This document shows positions 18,611 through 28,929 of a stretch of 64,000 nucleotides of DNA, in pieces (position 1 is the stretch's first letter; the number at the start of each line of letters is the position of its first letter). The DNA is from Bacillota bacterium (GTDB taxonomy: Bacteria; Bacillota; DTU030). The position numbers were made by a program, and so were the translations under genes. Location: the NCBI GenBank assembly GCA_012518435.1, contig JAAYSG010000025.1, positions 7,055 through 71,054 on the forward strand, in the 5' to 3' direction. A model generated the notes under the pieces. That model ran no database searches and was not told the DNA's origin. It was given only the letters and a program-made list of their open reading frames with translations.

Positions 18611-19243
18611 TTAACCTTCTAGAACCTTGAGCATGGAAGCTAAAATTAGCTCGGAGGATGTGGCCCCGGGATCCTGGTGGCCAATACTGCGCTCACCCAG
18701 GTAATGGGCACGACCCTTCTTGGCAAGCATGGGGATAGTTGCTTCCTTGCCCTTTTTGGCGGCGGCAACTGCTGCTTGAAAACATGCCAGGGGGGTCTTA
18801 TCCTTCGCTGCTGCTGCAGCAAAGGCTTCAGCTGCCGGTTCCAGGGCATCCACCATGGTCTTTTCACCAACTACAGCCTTGCCCCGTCTCTTAATGCCAT
18901 TTAACCCCGCCGCCAACATTTTCTCCAGATCACCGTTGGTCAATTCTTCCTTTCCAGCGGCAACTTTACCAAATTCCATAAAATAGGTACCATATAGGGG
19001 GCCCGCAGCTCCACCCACAGCCGATATGAGGCTCATCCCCACGTTTTTAAAAATGCTACCGACGTCTTTATCCTCAACAGCGGGGAGTCTTTCCAATACC
19101 TTGCGGAATCCCCTATCCATGTTAATACCGTGATCTCCATCGCCAATAGCACTGTCAAGTTCAGTAAGATATTTTTTGTTTTCAGCCACACTGGCAGCCA
19201 TTTCCTTTATCATGGCAACTATTTGATCCTTAGCTACCTTCAT
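18611..19243 (-). CDS. dhaL: DhaL-like (Dak2 domain) ADP-binding subunit
   Basis: 210 aa all-helical Dak2-like protein with GDGDHG motif. Confidence 0.65.
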   Translation of the reverse strand: MKVAKDQIVAMIKEMAASVAENKKYLTELDSAIGDGDHGINMDRGFRKVLERLPAVEDKDVGSIFKNVGMSLISAVGGAAGPLYGTYFMEFGKVAAGKEELTNGDLEKMLAAGLNGIKRRGKAVVGEKTMVDALEPAAEAFAAAAAKDKTPLACFQAAVAAAKKGKEATIPMLAKKGRAHYLGERSIGHQDPGATSSELILASMLKVLEG

Positions 19244-19585
19244 ACTGGTACCTCCCTCAGCCCAACTTCCGGCCCAAGACTATTTTTACCCCTAACCCAC
19301 CTCCTTAGCAATTTAATGGGTTTCCCGCAGTATGCCCATATATGCCTCCCGGCGAGGGTCATCAAACCAACATTGCCGGAACCAGGGGCCAATAGCAACA
19401 ATGTTGGCGACCGGCATCTACTGCCTCAGCGGGAAAGGTCATCGGTAAAAAGGGAAAAAACGGTATTGGCCACTATATATTTATTCGTTTTCCCAATATG
19501 GAAACCCTGCAAAATTAGGAAAATATTTTGCCTATCTTCACTAAGGGCGGAATTTTCCCGAAAGTGTTGTAATTGCTCACCCATC

Positions 19586-20833
19586 CTACTCCCTAATTTG
19601 TCCGGATCCCAGGACAATATACTTAATAGTTGTCAGTTCCTTGAGTCCCATGGGGCCACGGGTATGGAGTTTTTGGGTGCTAATTCCAATCTCGGCTCCA
19701 AAACCAAACTCAAATCCATCGGTGAAACGCGTAGAAACATTAACATATACTGCAGCAGCATCAACTTCCTCCAGAAAACGCCGGGCCCTATTGTAGTTTT
19801 CCGTCACAATGGCCTCCGAGTGTCCTGTCCCATATTTATTTATATGCTCAATAGCCTCATTTAAGCCATCCACAACCTTTAGGGAAATAATATAGTCCAG
19901 GTATTCCGTTGCCCAGTCCTCCTCACCGGCTTCCTTTATAGTGGGACATATTCTCCTTGTTTCTGGGCAACCTCTAACCTCTACGCCACCCTCTTCTAGG
20001 TCCTTCACGATTACTGGCAAAAATTGATCCGCAACCAGCCGGTCCACAAGCAAACTTTCCGCTGCGTTACATACGCCGGGCCGGTGGGTTTTGGCATTGT
20101 AAGCAATTTCCCTGGCCATCTTAAGATCAGCTTCACCATCAACGTAAACATGACAATTGCCAATACCCGTTTGAATAATTGGGACAGTGGCATTTTCAAT
20201 TACAGTCTCAATAAGCCTGCTTCCACCCCGGGGAATAAGAACATCAATGTAGTCATTAAGCCGCATCATTTCCACAGCTGCGGTGCGATCTGTGCTTGTG
20301 ACCAATTGAATTGCACCGGCGGGAATTCCCGCATCCGTGGCAGCACCACTAATAATTTCCACTATTGCCTTGTTTGAATTAATGGCCTCAGAACCACCCC
20401 GCAGAACAACGGCATTCCCCGCCTTTAGGCAAAGGCCGGCCGCATCCACGGTGACATTGGGGCGTGCCTCATAAATAATGCCAATAACCCCCAATGGCAC
20501 CCTCATCTGACCCACCTGCATACCATTAGGCCGCCGCCACATGGAAATTATTTCCCCAACGGGGTCTGTTAAAGATTGTACCGTCCTTAGCCCCTCAGCC
20601 ATGGCCGCAATTCTCTGGCTATTAAGGGCCAGACGATCCAACAAGGCCGCAGATAGCCCCTTTTCACGACCCGCCTCTAAATCCTTTGCATTGGCAGCAA
20701 TAATATAATCTTCCTTTTCCCTTAGGGCCACCGCCATGGCTTCCAGGGCCTGATCTTTAATCCCGCTAGCAAGGTGGGCCAGGGTTTCAGCAGCCTTTTT
20801 TGCGGCCATGGCTTGTTCAAGCAATTGGCTCAT
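19586..20833 (-). CDS. proA: gamma-glutamyl phosphate reductase
   Basis: 415 aa; aldehyde dehydrogenase-fold ProA signature regions (GNCHVYVD catalytic Cys). Confidence 0.85.
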   Translation of the reverse strand: MSQLLEQAMAAKKAAETLAHLASGIKDQALEAMAVALREKEDYIIAANAKDLEAGREKGLSAALLDRLALNSQRIAAMAEGLRTVQSLTDPVGEIISMWRRPNGMQVGQMRVPLGVIGIIYEARPNVTVDAAGLCLKAGNAVVLRGGSEAINSNKAIVEIISGAATDAGIPAGAIQLVTSTDRTAAVEMMRLNDYIDVLIPRGGSRLIETVIENATVPIIQTGIGNCHVYVDGEADLKMAREIAYNAKTHRPGVCNAAESLLVDRLVADQFLPVIVKDLEEGGVEVRGCPETRRICPTIKEAGEEDWATEYLDYIISLKVVDGLNEAIEHINKYGTGHSEAIVTENYNRARRFLEEVDAAAVYVNVSTRFTDGFEFGFGAEIGISTQKLHTRGPMGLKELTTIKYIVLGSGQIRE

Positions 20834-20879
20834 TCTTTTTCCTCCTTTTTTCCAAGTCTATTTCCCCAATAAATTACCC

Positions 20880-21689
20880 CTAGCCATCCTTTGGGCTAGG
20901 TAAAAACAAGGTGCCAACCTCCTCCCCCGCCAGTATCTGCCGGAGTATGGCAGGGTTATTACCATTGGCAACAACCACGGGTATTTGCCCTTCAGTAGCC
21001 GCTTTGGCAGCAATTATCTTGGTGCTCATTCCCCCAACCCCTAAATCGCCGCCGGCTGAGGAAGCTAAATTTTCAACTTCCTCCGTTATATTGGTTACTA
21101 GGGGGACCAGTGTTGCGTCCGTGTTAGAACGGGGATCTGCGGTGTATAGGCCGTCGATATCCGAAAGGATAACCAGTAGATCGGCGGCAATGAGAAGGGC
21201 TACCTGGGCAGAAAGGGAGTCATTATCACCAAATTCAATCTCATCAACAGCAACGGTGTCGTTTTCATTTACAATGGGAATAACGTTTAAGCCAAACAAG
21301 GTGTTAAAGGTATTAACGGCATTGCGATATCGTTTACCATTATCTATGTCTGCCTTTGTAAGAAGAATCTGGGCCACAACACAGCTATATTCTCCAAAGA
21401 TCTTTTCATAAACCTGCATTAGAATTCCCTGGCCAATGGCAGCCATGGCTTGTTTTTCCTTTGTGGTCCGAGGGCGTCCACTTAAACCAACCCTACTAGT
21501 ACCCACTACTATGGCACCAGATGTAACAAGAACGACCTCTTTGCCTTGGTTGGATAAATTGGCTAACTCTCGCACCAATACTTCTATACGGCCTAGGTTA
21601 AGTTTTCCCGTCTCATGGGTTAGGGTTGAGGTCCCAACCTTAACCACAATACGCTGTGCATCCTGCAATATTTTTCTTTCCCTGGGCAT
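20880..21689 (-). CDS. proB: glutamate 5-kinase (short form lacking PUA domain)
   Basis: 269 aa; N-terminal IVVKVGTSTLT amino-acid kinase motif. Confidence 0.85.
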   Translation of the reverse strand: MPRERKILQDAQRIVVKVGTSTLTHETGKLNLGRIEVLVRELANLSNQGKEVVLVTSGAIVVGTSRVGLSGRPRTTKEKQAMAAIGQGILMQVYEKIFGEYSCVVAQILLTKADIDNGKRYRNAVNTFNTLFGLNVIPIVNENDTVAVDEIEFGDNDSLSAQVALLIAADLLVILSDIDGLYTADPRSNTDATLVPLVTNITEEVENLASSAGGDLGVGGMSTKIIAAKAATEGQIPVVVANGNNPAILRQILAGEEVGTLFLPSPKDG

Positions 21690-21752
21690 TCTCTTCTCCC
21701 CTTTTTCAGCATAATTTAGTGCAATTGTCTAGTTGGCAAGGCAATATTAGCC

Positions 21753-23504
21753 TTATTTAACATGTGCCTTCCCCCGGTAAATTAGCCCCCTGTTGCTGTC
21801 AACTGTAACCACTTTTTCCTTGGCCAGAAGTTCCATGGCCCCCTTGGCCCCAACCACAACCGGGATTCCAAGGTTCAAACCAACCACAGCCGCATGGGAG
21901 GTAAGCCCGGGTCCCTCTGTTATCAGGCCTGCAGCCTTCTCTATAAAGGGCATAAATTCCTTGTCGGTCATAAAGGTTACCATAATATCACCGGGCTGAA
22001 AACTGTTCTGGAAGTCCCGTGGATTTTTCCCTAGACATACCCTCCCGGTGGCCGCCTTTTGCCCAATCCCCGCCCCCCGCAACAAAACATTACCGACGGT
22101 ATGAACCTTGATTAAATTAGAAGTGCCCGGTACTCCTATTGGGTGGCCGGCCGTAGTTACCACCAGATCCCCCGCTTTAATATAACCCTCCTCCAAGCCA
22201 GCCGCAACAGATTGTTCTAACATCTCATCAGTATTACTGGCCTGTTCCCTTACAAGGGGAGTCACTCCCCACACCAATGTTAAGCGCCTTAAAACTTTTT
22301 CTTCCGGTGTTATGGCTATAATGGGTACCCTTGGCCGATGCCTGGCTACCATCCGGGGGGTATAACCAGACTGGGTTGCTGTAAGGATTGCATTGGCCTT
22401 AAGGTCATGGGCTGTAGTACAGGTGGCATAGCCAATGGCATCGGTTATGCTCTGGTGGCTAGACTCACTCTTACGGCGTAATAAACCTTCATAATCCAGT
22501 TCCATTTCGGCCCTACGGGAAATACGATCCATGTTTTCCACCGCTTCCACGGGAAAATCCCCGGTAGCAGTTTCGGCCGAAAGCATTACCGCGTCACTGC
22601 CATCCAAAATAGCATTGGCAACATCACTGGCCTCCGCCCTGGTTGGCCGTGGTTTATCCACCATCGATTCCAGCATTTGGGTAGCGGTTATCACCGGTTT
22701 ACCCACCCGGTTGCATTTCTTAATCATAATCTTTTGTAAAAAGGGGACCTCCTCGGCAGGCACTTCTACACCCAGATCCCCCCTGGCTACCATTAGACCA
22801 TCGGCAACCCGTAAAATCGCATCCAAATTTTCTACGCCCCGGGCATTCTCTATTTTGGCGAGAACAGGTATTTCCGCCCCTTCCTCCTCCAGGAAACGCT
22901 TAATTGTCAAAATATCACTGGCCCGCTGGATAAAGGAGGCGGCGACATAATCAACACCATGTTTCACCCCGAAAATAAGGTCCTCATGATCTTGTTCCGA
23001 CAAGGGTGGGAGGCTAATTTGGGAATTGGGCAGGTTAATTTTTTTCCGATCACTGAGCCGCCCGCCATGAATGACACGGCACCTGACATCTATACCGTCG
23101 GTAGATACCACCTGAAGTTGAATTAAGCCATCATCCAAAAGGACCGTATCCCCCACCGCCACATCCTTGGCAAAACGGTCGTATTGTACAGTAACCCTGC
23201 TATTATTACCTTCCACTCTTTTAGTGGTGAGGATAAATTGCTCTCCTTCTGCCAAAAAGACGCTTCCTTCTTTAAAGGTACCAATACGGATTTCGGGGCC
23301 CCTGGTGTCCAAAAGAATCCCCAGGGGATAATCCAGTTCTGAAGCCACGGAACGAAGTATTTGTATGCGCCGCCTCTGTTCCTTATGGCACCCATGGGAA
23401 AAATTTAAACGGGCCACATTCATTCCCGCCATCAGCATTTTTTTGATAACCTCTGCTGATTCACTGGCCGGCCCTATAGTACACACAATCTTAGTTCTTC
23501 GCAC
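21753..23504 (-). CDS. pyk: pyruvate kinase with C-terminal PEP-utilizer mobile domain
   Basis: 583 aa; MRRTKIVCTIGPAS start; C-terminal PEP-utilizing-enzyme His domain. Confidence 0.9.
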   Translation of the reverse strand: MRRTKIVCTIGPASESAEVIKKMLMAGMNVARLNFSHGCHKEQRRRIQILRSVASELDYPLGILLDTRGPEIRIGTFKEGSVFLAEGEQFILTTKRVEGNNSRVTVQYDRFAKDVAVGDTVLLDDGLIQLQVVSTDGIDVRCRVIHGGRLSDRKKINLPNSQISLPPLSEQDHEDLIFGVKHGVDYVAASFIQRASDILTIKRFLEEEGAEIPVLAKIENARGVENLDAILRVADGLMVARGDLGVEVPAEEVPFLQKIMIKKCNRVGKPVITATQMLESMVDKPRPTRAEASDVANAILDGSDAVMLSAETATGDFPVEAVENMDRISRRAEMELDYEGLLRRKSESSHQSITDAIGYATCTTAHDLKANAILTATQSGYTPRMVARHRPRVPIIAITPEEKVLRRLTLVWGVTPLVREQASNTDEMLEQSVAAGLEEGYIKAGDLVVTTAGHPIGVPGTSNLIKVHTVGNVLLRGAGIGQKAATGRVCLGKNPRDFQNSFQPGDIMVTFMTDKEFMPFIEKAAGLITEGPGLTSHAAVVGLNLGIPVVVGAKGAMELLAKEKVVTVDSNRGLIYRGKAHVK

Positions 23505-23585
23505 AATGCTATCCCCCCTTCTATACTGCCTAACAATATTGGCTATATCCCATCCTTTCTAAGTAAGCCAAGAGGTAACTTCTTC

Positions 23586-23783
23586 CTATATTATAACCGA
23601 ATTTAGAATTGCATGGGCTTCCTCCGCTTCCGATTCCGGGACCAGGATTTCTACGTTGCCCGAATCCCCAAAGTGGGGAACACCAACTGGTCGGAGTGTA
23701 ACTAGAACCCCTTCACCATCCAAAATACCCTTTAGTGTTTCAGCTTCTATCCGATTGCGGGCAATATATACCACAGTCCACAT
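23586..23783 (-). CDS. DUF2007-like small protein (putative signal-transducing protein)
   Basis: 65 aa between dnaE and pyk, pattern VYIARNRIEAE...L...GV, typical DUF2007. Confidence 0.5.
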   Translation of the reverse strand: MWTVVYIARNRIEAETLKGILDGEGVLVTLRPVGVPHFGDSGNVEILVPESEAEEAHAILNSVII

Positions 23784-23918
23784 ACCCTAACCATAACCTC
23801 CTTTTCCCTTCCTATAATTATTCATAGTTGAGTTGAGCTAGGGTCTTCTACCATATTTTCGTCCCAGCGCTAGTAGAATCCTTTTATCCCGGGGGAAATT
23901 TTCCCTCCAATGGGCAGA

Positions 23919-26900
23919 TCATTTATTTGCTGCGCAACCGGGGCCCTTTAAAACCACTTCCCCAGCCCCCAAAGTTGCCTTTAAATCTGCTATGAGCCCT
24001 TCCTTTAGTTCAACGGATAGATGGCGGGGGACTTGACGTAAAACCCTTTCCTTTTGGAAGTACAAATAAACGGGGTTGGGGCCCGGGTACTGCCGCAACA
24101 ATTGGATAACCTCTTCAAAAAGTAACCTTTCCCTTTGATTGGGTAGGCGCAAGTAGAGAGCCCCTAATTTCCCTTGGTCCAAATTAGAATTAAGGGCGGA
24201 AATTTTATTGGCAATTACCTTTACCTCCGCTTCTTGCCAATTAACTACACCTTCTATCAAAAGACAGGTATCCTCCTCCAGGAGAGAACGACTCTTGGTG
24301 AAAATACGGGGAAAGACAATGACTTCCACCGAGCCTGTAAGATCCTCGATGTTAGCAAAGAGCATCGGCTCACCCTTTTTTGTTAATATCTGTTTCCCCG
24401 TGGTAAGTATACCCCCTAAAACCACCTGCTCCCCATCTCTTAGATCCTCCAATTCTCTACTGTTAACAGTATGCCTGCGCAGGTAATCGGAATAGGGAGC
24501 CAAGGGATGGCCGCTAATGTAAAAACCCATGGTTTCCTTCTCCAGTGCCAAAAGCCGTTCGGGGGGAAATTCGGGTATTTGGGGGAGGTTATAGTCCTGG
24601 AAGCTGTCGGTTTCAAAGAGATTGAAGAGGGAGTGTTGCCCACTTATTTTGTCCTGCTGGTACTGTTGAGCCATTTCTAGAATTTCATCCAATCCTGCCA
24701 ATAATCGAGCCCGGGAGGTTTCTAAAGAGCCAAAGGCCCCACACTTGATGAGACTTTCGACCACTCTTTTGTTAACTAGCCTCAGATCCACCCGGCGGCA
24801 AAAATCCAGAAGGGAAGAATACATGCCCCCCTCCCGCCTTTGGGATATGATATTATCTATGGCCCCCTTGCCCACATTCTTGACGGCTGCCAGACCAAAA
24901 CGGAGTTCCCCGGCAACAACACTAAAGTTATCCATACTCTCATTGATGTCAGGGGGTAAAATTCCAATGCCCATGCGGCGGCATTCATCAAGATACAGGG
25001 CCACCTTATCAGTGTTGTCCATAACACTGGTAAGAAGGGCAGCCATATATTCAACCGGGTAGTTCGCCTTTAGGTAGGCGGTCTGATAAGCCAACTGGGC
25101 ATAGGCAGCCGAGTGGCTCTTATTAAAACCGTAGCCGGCAAAATGCGACATCAAATCAAAAATTCTGTTGGCCACATTAGTGGGGATCCCTTTTTTTGCG
25201 GCCCCCGCTGTAAACTGTTCCCGCTGGGCGGCAATAGCCTGAGGATTTTTCTTGCCCATGGCCCGCCGCAGAAGATCCGCTTGACCAAGGCTAAACCCAG
25301 CCAGCTCGCTGGCAACTTGCATAACCTGTTCTTGATAGAGAATTACACCATGGGTTTCGGCTAAAATAGGTTCCAGGGCGGGTTGTAGGTACTCCACCTT
25401 CTTTAAACAGTGTTTACGGGAGATATAATCCTCCACCATCCCGCTGGCCAAGGGACCCGGCCGGTAAAGGGCCACCAGGGCCACAATGTCAGCCAAAGAG
25501 GAGGGACGCATTTCCTTGACCAGGCTGCGCATCCCAACACTTTCCAACTGAAAAACCCCCGTTGTCTCACCCCTTTGCAAAAGGTCAAAGGTCTTGGGAT
25601 CCTCCTCTGTTATTGAATCAAGTTCAAGGGTAACATTACAACTGGTGGCTATTATTTTAATAGCATTTTGAATAACCGTGAGGGTGCGCAGGCCTAAAAA
25701 ATCCATTTTTAACAAGCCCAGCTCCTCAATGGTCTCCCAAGGAAATTGAGTTGTTACCACCCCATCCGAGGTCTTTTGGAGGGGTACATAGCGGGTTAGG
25801 GGTTCCCTGGCAATAACCACACCGGCGGCATGAACGGAGGCATGGCGGGGAAGCCCCTCTAGAGATCGGGCTGTTTCCAATAGTTGTTTTAGGGCCTGAT
25901 CACCCTCTACCAACCCCTTAAGTTCCCTACTGACTTCCAGGGCCTTGTCTATGGTCATACCGGGTTCCATGGGAATCAGCTTTGCCAGACGGTCAATTTC
26001 CCCGTAGGGGAAACCATATACACGTCCAACATCCCTTACAACACCCCGGGCCGCCATGGTACCAAAGGTAATAATTTGGGCCACCCTTTCAGAGCCATAG
26101 CGTTTGATTACATAATCAATAATATCTCCCCGGCGGTCGTCACAAAAATCAATATCTATGTCAGGCATACTCACCCGTTCCGGATTCAGGAAACGCTCAA
26201 ACAAAAGGCCATAGGCCAAGGGGTCAACATTGGTTATCCCCAGACAATAGGCAGCCAGGCTGCCAGCAGCAGAACCACGCCCCGGGCCTACCAGAATTTC
26301 TTCCTCCCTAGCAAAGCGGATTAAATCCCAAACAATAAGGAAGTAACTGGCATAGCCCATCCTAATAATAACGTCCAGCTCGTAATTTAATCGTTCCTCC
26401 ATGGCTGGGGAAATATTTACGTATCTCTTCCTTAATCCTTGGTGGCACAGGGCAGTAAGATAATCCCCGGCCTCCATACCTTCAGGTAAACTAAAATGGG
26501 GAAGATGCAGATGGGCAAAATCCAATTCCACTTGGCACCTCTCTGCTATGAGCAGAGTATTTGTTAGGGCGGAGGGTACTTTGGGGAAAAGGGCAGCCAT
26601 TTCCGCGGCCGATTTCAGGTAAAATTCCTGGCCATGAAAACGAAGGCGCCCGGCGTCATTCATGGTCTTTCCCGTTTGGATACAAAGGAGAACATCGTGG
26701 GCCTTGGCATCTGACCTTCTGACATAATGAACATCATTACTGGCCATTAGGGGGATGTCCAATTCCCGCCCCAAACGAATTAGTTGCTGGTTTACCTTCT
26801 GCTCCTTTACCAGCCCATGATCCTGCAGTTCAAGGAAAAAACAATCCGGTCCAAATGTATCCCGATAAAAGGCCGCTACTTCCCGGGCACCATCCACATC

Positions 26901-27350
26901 CCCCCGTAAAAGACGGCTGGGAATTTCCCCCGCAATACAGCCGGAAAGGGCAATCAAACCCTTACTGTAGCGGGCAAGTAACTCCCTATCCACCCGTGGT
27001 TTATAATAAAATCCACTCAGATAGGCTTCCGAAACCAGGGTCATTAGGTTTTGATAACCCTCCTGGTTTTCAGCCAAAAGGACCAAATGATACAGCTTGT
27101 CATCCACCCGGGGCTGCCGTTGGTCCCTACCACGAGGGGCAACATAGACCTCACAACCCAAAATGGGCTTAATTCCTTGTTTCAGACAGGCCTTATAAAA
27201 CTCCACAACACCGTACATAACACCGTGGTCTGTAATAGCCAAGGCCGGCATCCCCAACTGGGCAGCCCTGGACACAAGTTCAGGTATGCGCCCCGAACCA
27301 TCCAATAGGCTATATTCCGTGTGAACGTGAAGATGAACAAACTTGGCCAT
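23919..27350 (-). CDS. dnaE: DNA polymerase III alpha subunit
   Basis: PHP domain start MAKFVHLHVHTEYSLLDGS with RBS GGGAGGG; 1143 aa. Confidence 0.9.
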   Translation of the reverse strand: MAKFVHLHVHTEYSLLDGSGRIPELVSRAAQLGMPALAITDHGVMYGVVEFYKACLKQGIKPILGCEVYVAPRGRDQRQPRVDDKLYHLVLLAENQEGYQNLMTLVSEAYLSGFYYKPRVDRELLARYSKGLIALSGCIAGEIPSRLLRGDVDGAREVAAFYRDTFGPDCFFLELQDHGLVKEQKVNQQLIRLGRELDIPLMASNDVHYVRRSDAKAHDVLLCIQTGKTMNDAGRLRFHGQEFYLKSAAEMAALFPKVPSALTNTLLIAERCQVELDFAHLHLPHFSLPEGMEAGDYLTALCHQGLRKRYVNISPAMEERLNYELDVIIRMGYASYFLIVWDLIRFAREEEILVGPGRGSAAGSLAAYCLGITNVDPLAYGLLFERFLNPERVSMPDIDIDFCDDRRGDIIDYVIKRYGSERVAQIITFGTMAARGVVRDVGRVYGFPYGEIDRLAKLIPMEPGMTIDKALEVSRELKGLVEGDQALKQLLETARSLEGLPRHASVHAAGVVIAREPLTRYVPLQKTSDGVVTTQFPWETIEELGLLKMDFLGLRTLTVIQNAIKIIATSCNVTLELDSITEEDPKTFDLLQRGETTGVFQLESVGMRSLVKEMRPSSLADIVALVALYRPGPLASGMVEDYISRKHCLKKVEYLQPALEPILAETHGVILYQEQVMQVASELAGFSLGQADLLRRAMGKKNPQAIAAQREQFTAGAAKKGIPTNVANRIFDLMSHFAGYGFNKSHSAAYAQLAYQTAYLKANYPVEYMAALLTSVMDNTDKVALYLDECRRMGIGILPPDINESMDNFSVVAGELRFGLAAVKNVGKGAIDNIISQRREGGMYSSLLDFCRRVDLRLVNKRVVESLIKCGAFGSLETSRARLLAGLDEILEMAQQYQQDKISGQHSLFNLFETDSFQDYNLPQIPEFPPERLLALEKETMGFYISGHPLAPYSDYLRRHTVNSRELEDLRDGEQVVLGGILTTGKQILTKKGEPMLFANIEDLTGSVEVIVFPRIFTKSRSLLEEDTCLLIEGVVNWQEAEVKVIANKISALNSNLDQGKLGALYLRLPNQRERLLFEEVIQLLRQYPGPNPVYLYFQKERVLRQVPRHLSVELKEGLIADLKATLGAGEVVLKGPGCAANK

Positions 27351-27542
27351 CTTGTCCCTCCCAGAGGATGCCCCCATAATCTTCCAAATGCTTACTGGGG
27401 GACTTTCCCCAACTGTACTCGTAATTCCACATTTATAGCACAACTCCTCCCCCTTAAGGGAGGGGTTGCCAAAGCCTCCCCCCATTTAAAACCCAATTGG
27501 AGAAGAGGTCAGTAAAAACATGATGTAGCAGAAGTTTAAAAC

Positions 27543-27566
27543 AAAAAAGCGCCACCGGCGCCCTTC
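27543..27566 (-). terminator. Rho-independent terminator after sepF-like gene
   Basis: Minus strand GCGCC-GGT-GGCGC hairpin followed by TTTTTTGTTTT. Confidence 0.6.
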
Positions 27567-27567
27567 C

Positions 27568-27951
27568 TTACAACCTAAAGGGAAAGGTATCTGACTTTTG
27601 TTCCTGAGTCAATAATTCCTCTATACCAATATCAATTCCTTGGGGTGTAAAAAGAAAGATAAACTGGCCTATTTTCTGCATATCTCCATTTAAAATATAG
27701 GTGGCACCGCTCATATAATCGACAATACGTTGGGAAACAGCATGGGGAAGATTTTCCAAGTTAATGATTACAGGGCGCCCCTCCTTAATATGGGCGGCTA
27801 GCCGCCTTGCTTCTTCAAAGGCCTTGGGGCTTGCAACCTTAATTTGCTGTTCACCCAATTCCATATCAAATTGGTAGCCATCCTGTTCTAATAGCTCTTC
27901 CCCCCGCTCAAACCCCAGGGAATATAAAATGCGCTGAAAAAGTTTTGCCAT
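27568..27951 (-). CDS. sepF: SepF-like cell division protein (DUF552), second-copy type
   Basis: From ATG 27951 (RBS GGGAAGGGTGGGGG): C-terminal SepF core RPVIINLENL...VDYMSGATYIL.GD.QKIG..IFLFTP. Confidence 0.6.
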   Translation of the reverse strand: MAKLFQRILYSLGFERGEELLEQDGYQFDMELGEQQIKVASPKAFEEARRLAAHIKEGRPVIINLENLPHAVSQRIVDYMSGATYILNGDMQKIGQFIFLFTPQGIDIGIEELLTQEQKSDTFPFRL

Positions 27952-28184
27952 ATTCCCCCACCCTTCCCAAAAAGTCGACAAACAGCGTATTTTTTCACCA
28001 GATGGTGCAGCAATTATAGTCGAATTTATATGTTGCATATAATTTAGCCCGGGTCCTTACTCAGCCCAGAGCCGGCACAATATTGATAACTAATTCGACA
28101 TTATGCCTCCGTTTCCTGCCTGGACCCTTCCCCTTCTTTACAAGCCCCGCCGGGTAATTATTGGGCCAAAGAGCCAAAGGGCAG

Positions 28185-28925
28185 TTAGTTGCCGCTAATG
28201 CACCCTACAGAAGGGATTTCCACAGGTATCCCCCCATGCAGGGTTACTCCTTCCAGAGTTACCCGGCAGTCATAAGCATAAACTTCCACACCCGCCTCTG
28301 CCGCCCGGGCCAAGGCCAAGGCAAAGTCCCCATCTGTTTTGGAGTTGGGAGAAAAGATATGGGCGTCTCCCCTTTGCACAATAAAGAGGGCAGCTGCCCT
28401 ATAGCCATCTTGCCGTGCAGCCACAAGTTCCATTAAATGCCGGGTTCCCCTAATAGTGGGTGCATCGGGGAAATAGGCCCGCCCCCCCAACACCAGGGTT
28501 ACTGACTTAACCTCCATAAAGCAGGTGTCAGCCCCCCTTTGGAGCCGGAAATCCATCCTACTTGCCCCATAATTTACCTCCCGCTTTACCCGCCAACCAC
28601 TTCCAAAGGGCGCTAAAATACCCCTTTGCAAACTGCGATACACCAATAAATTGGGGAGGCGGGAATCCACCGAAACCAGAACTCCATTTTTTACTGTTAG
28701 GACCAAATCAAAGAAAGTTTTTCTCCGGGCACCATCCTGGGGCAGTAGGAATACCTTCGCCCCCGGATACAATAATTCCTGCATCCGGCCGGAACTTGGC
28801 ACATGGGCCAAAACTTCCCCACCATCAATTTCTACCCGGCCCATAAACCGATTCACCCGCTTGAGAAATAATCCTTCCCGGAGTTCTCTGGCAAATGTCA
28901 CCTGCACAGACCCATTCCCTCCCAT
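28185..28925 (-). CDS. sfsA: sugar fermentation stimulation protein SfsA
   Basis: 246 aa; KRVNRF N-terminal motif and overall SfsA architecture. Confidence 0.75.
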   Translation of the reverse strand: MGGNGSVQVTFARELREGLFLKRVNRFMGRVEIDGGEVLAHVPSSGRMQELLYPGAKVFLLPQDGARRKTFFDLVLTVKNGVLVSVDSRLPNLLVYRSLQRGILAPFGSGWRVKREVNYGASRMDFRLQRGADTCFMEVKSVTLVLGGRAYFPDAPTIRGTRHLMELVAARQDGYRAAALFIVQRGDAHIFSPNSKTDGDFALALARAAEAGVEVYAYDCRVTLEGVTLHGGIPVEIPSVGCISGN

Positions 28926-28929
28926 TTAA

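Noticed and set aside
27351-27485. 45-codon N-terminal extension of dnaE (MGGGFGNPSLKGEEL...)
   Set aside because: The conserved PHP-domain start MAKFVHLHVHTEYS with a strong GGGAGGG RBS lies downstream. The extension is low-complexity.
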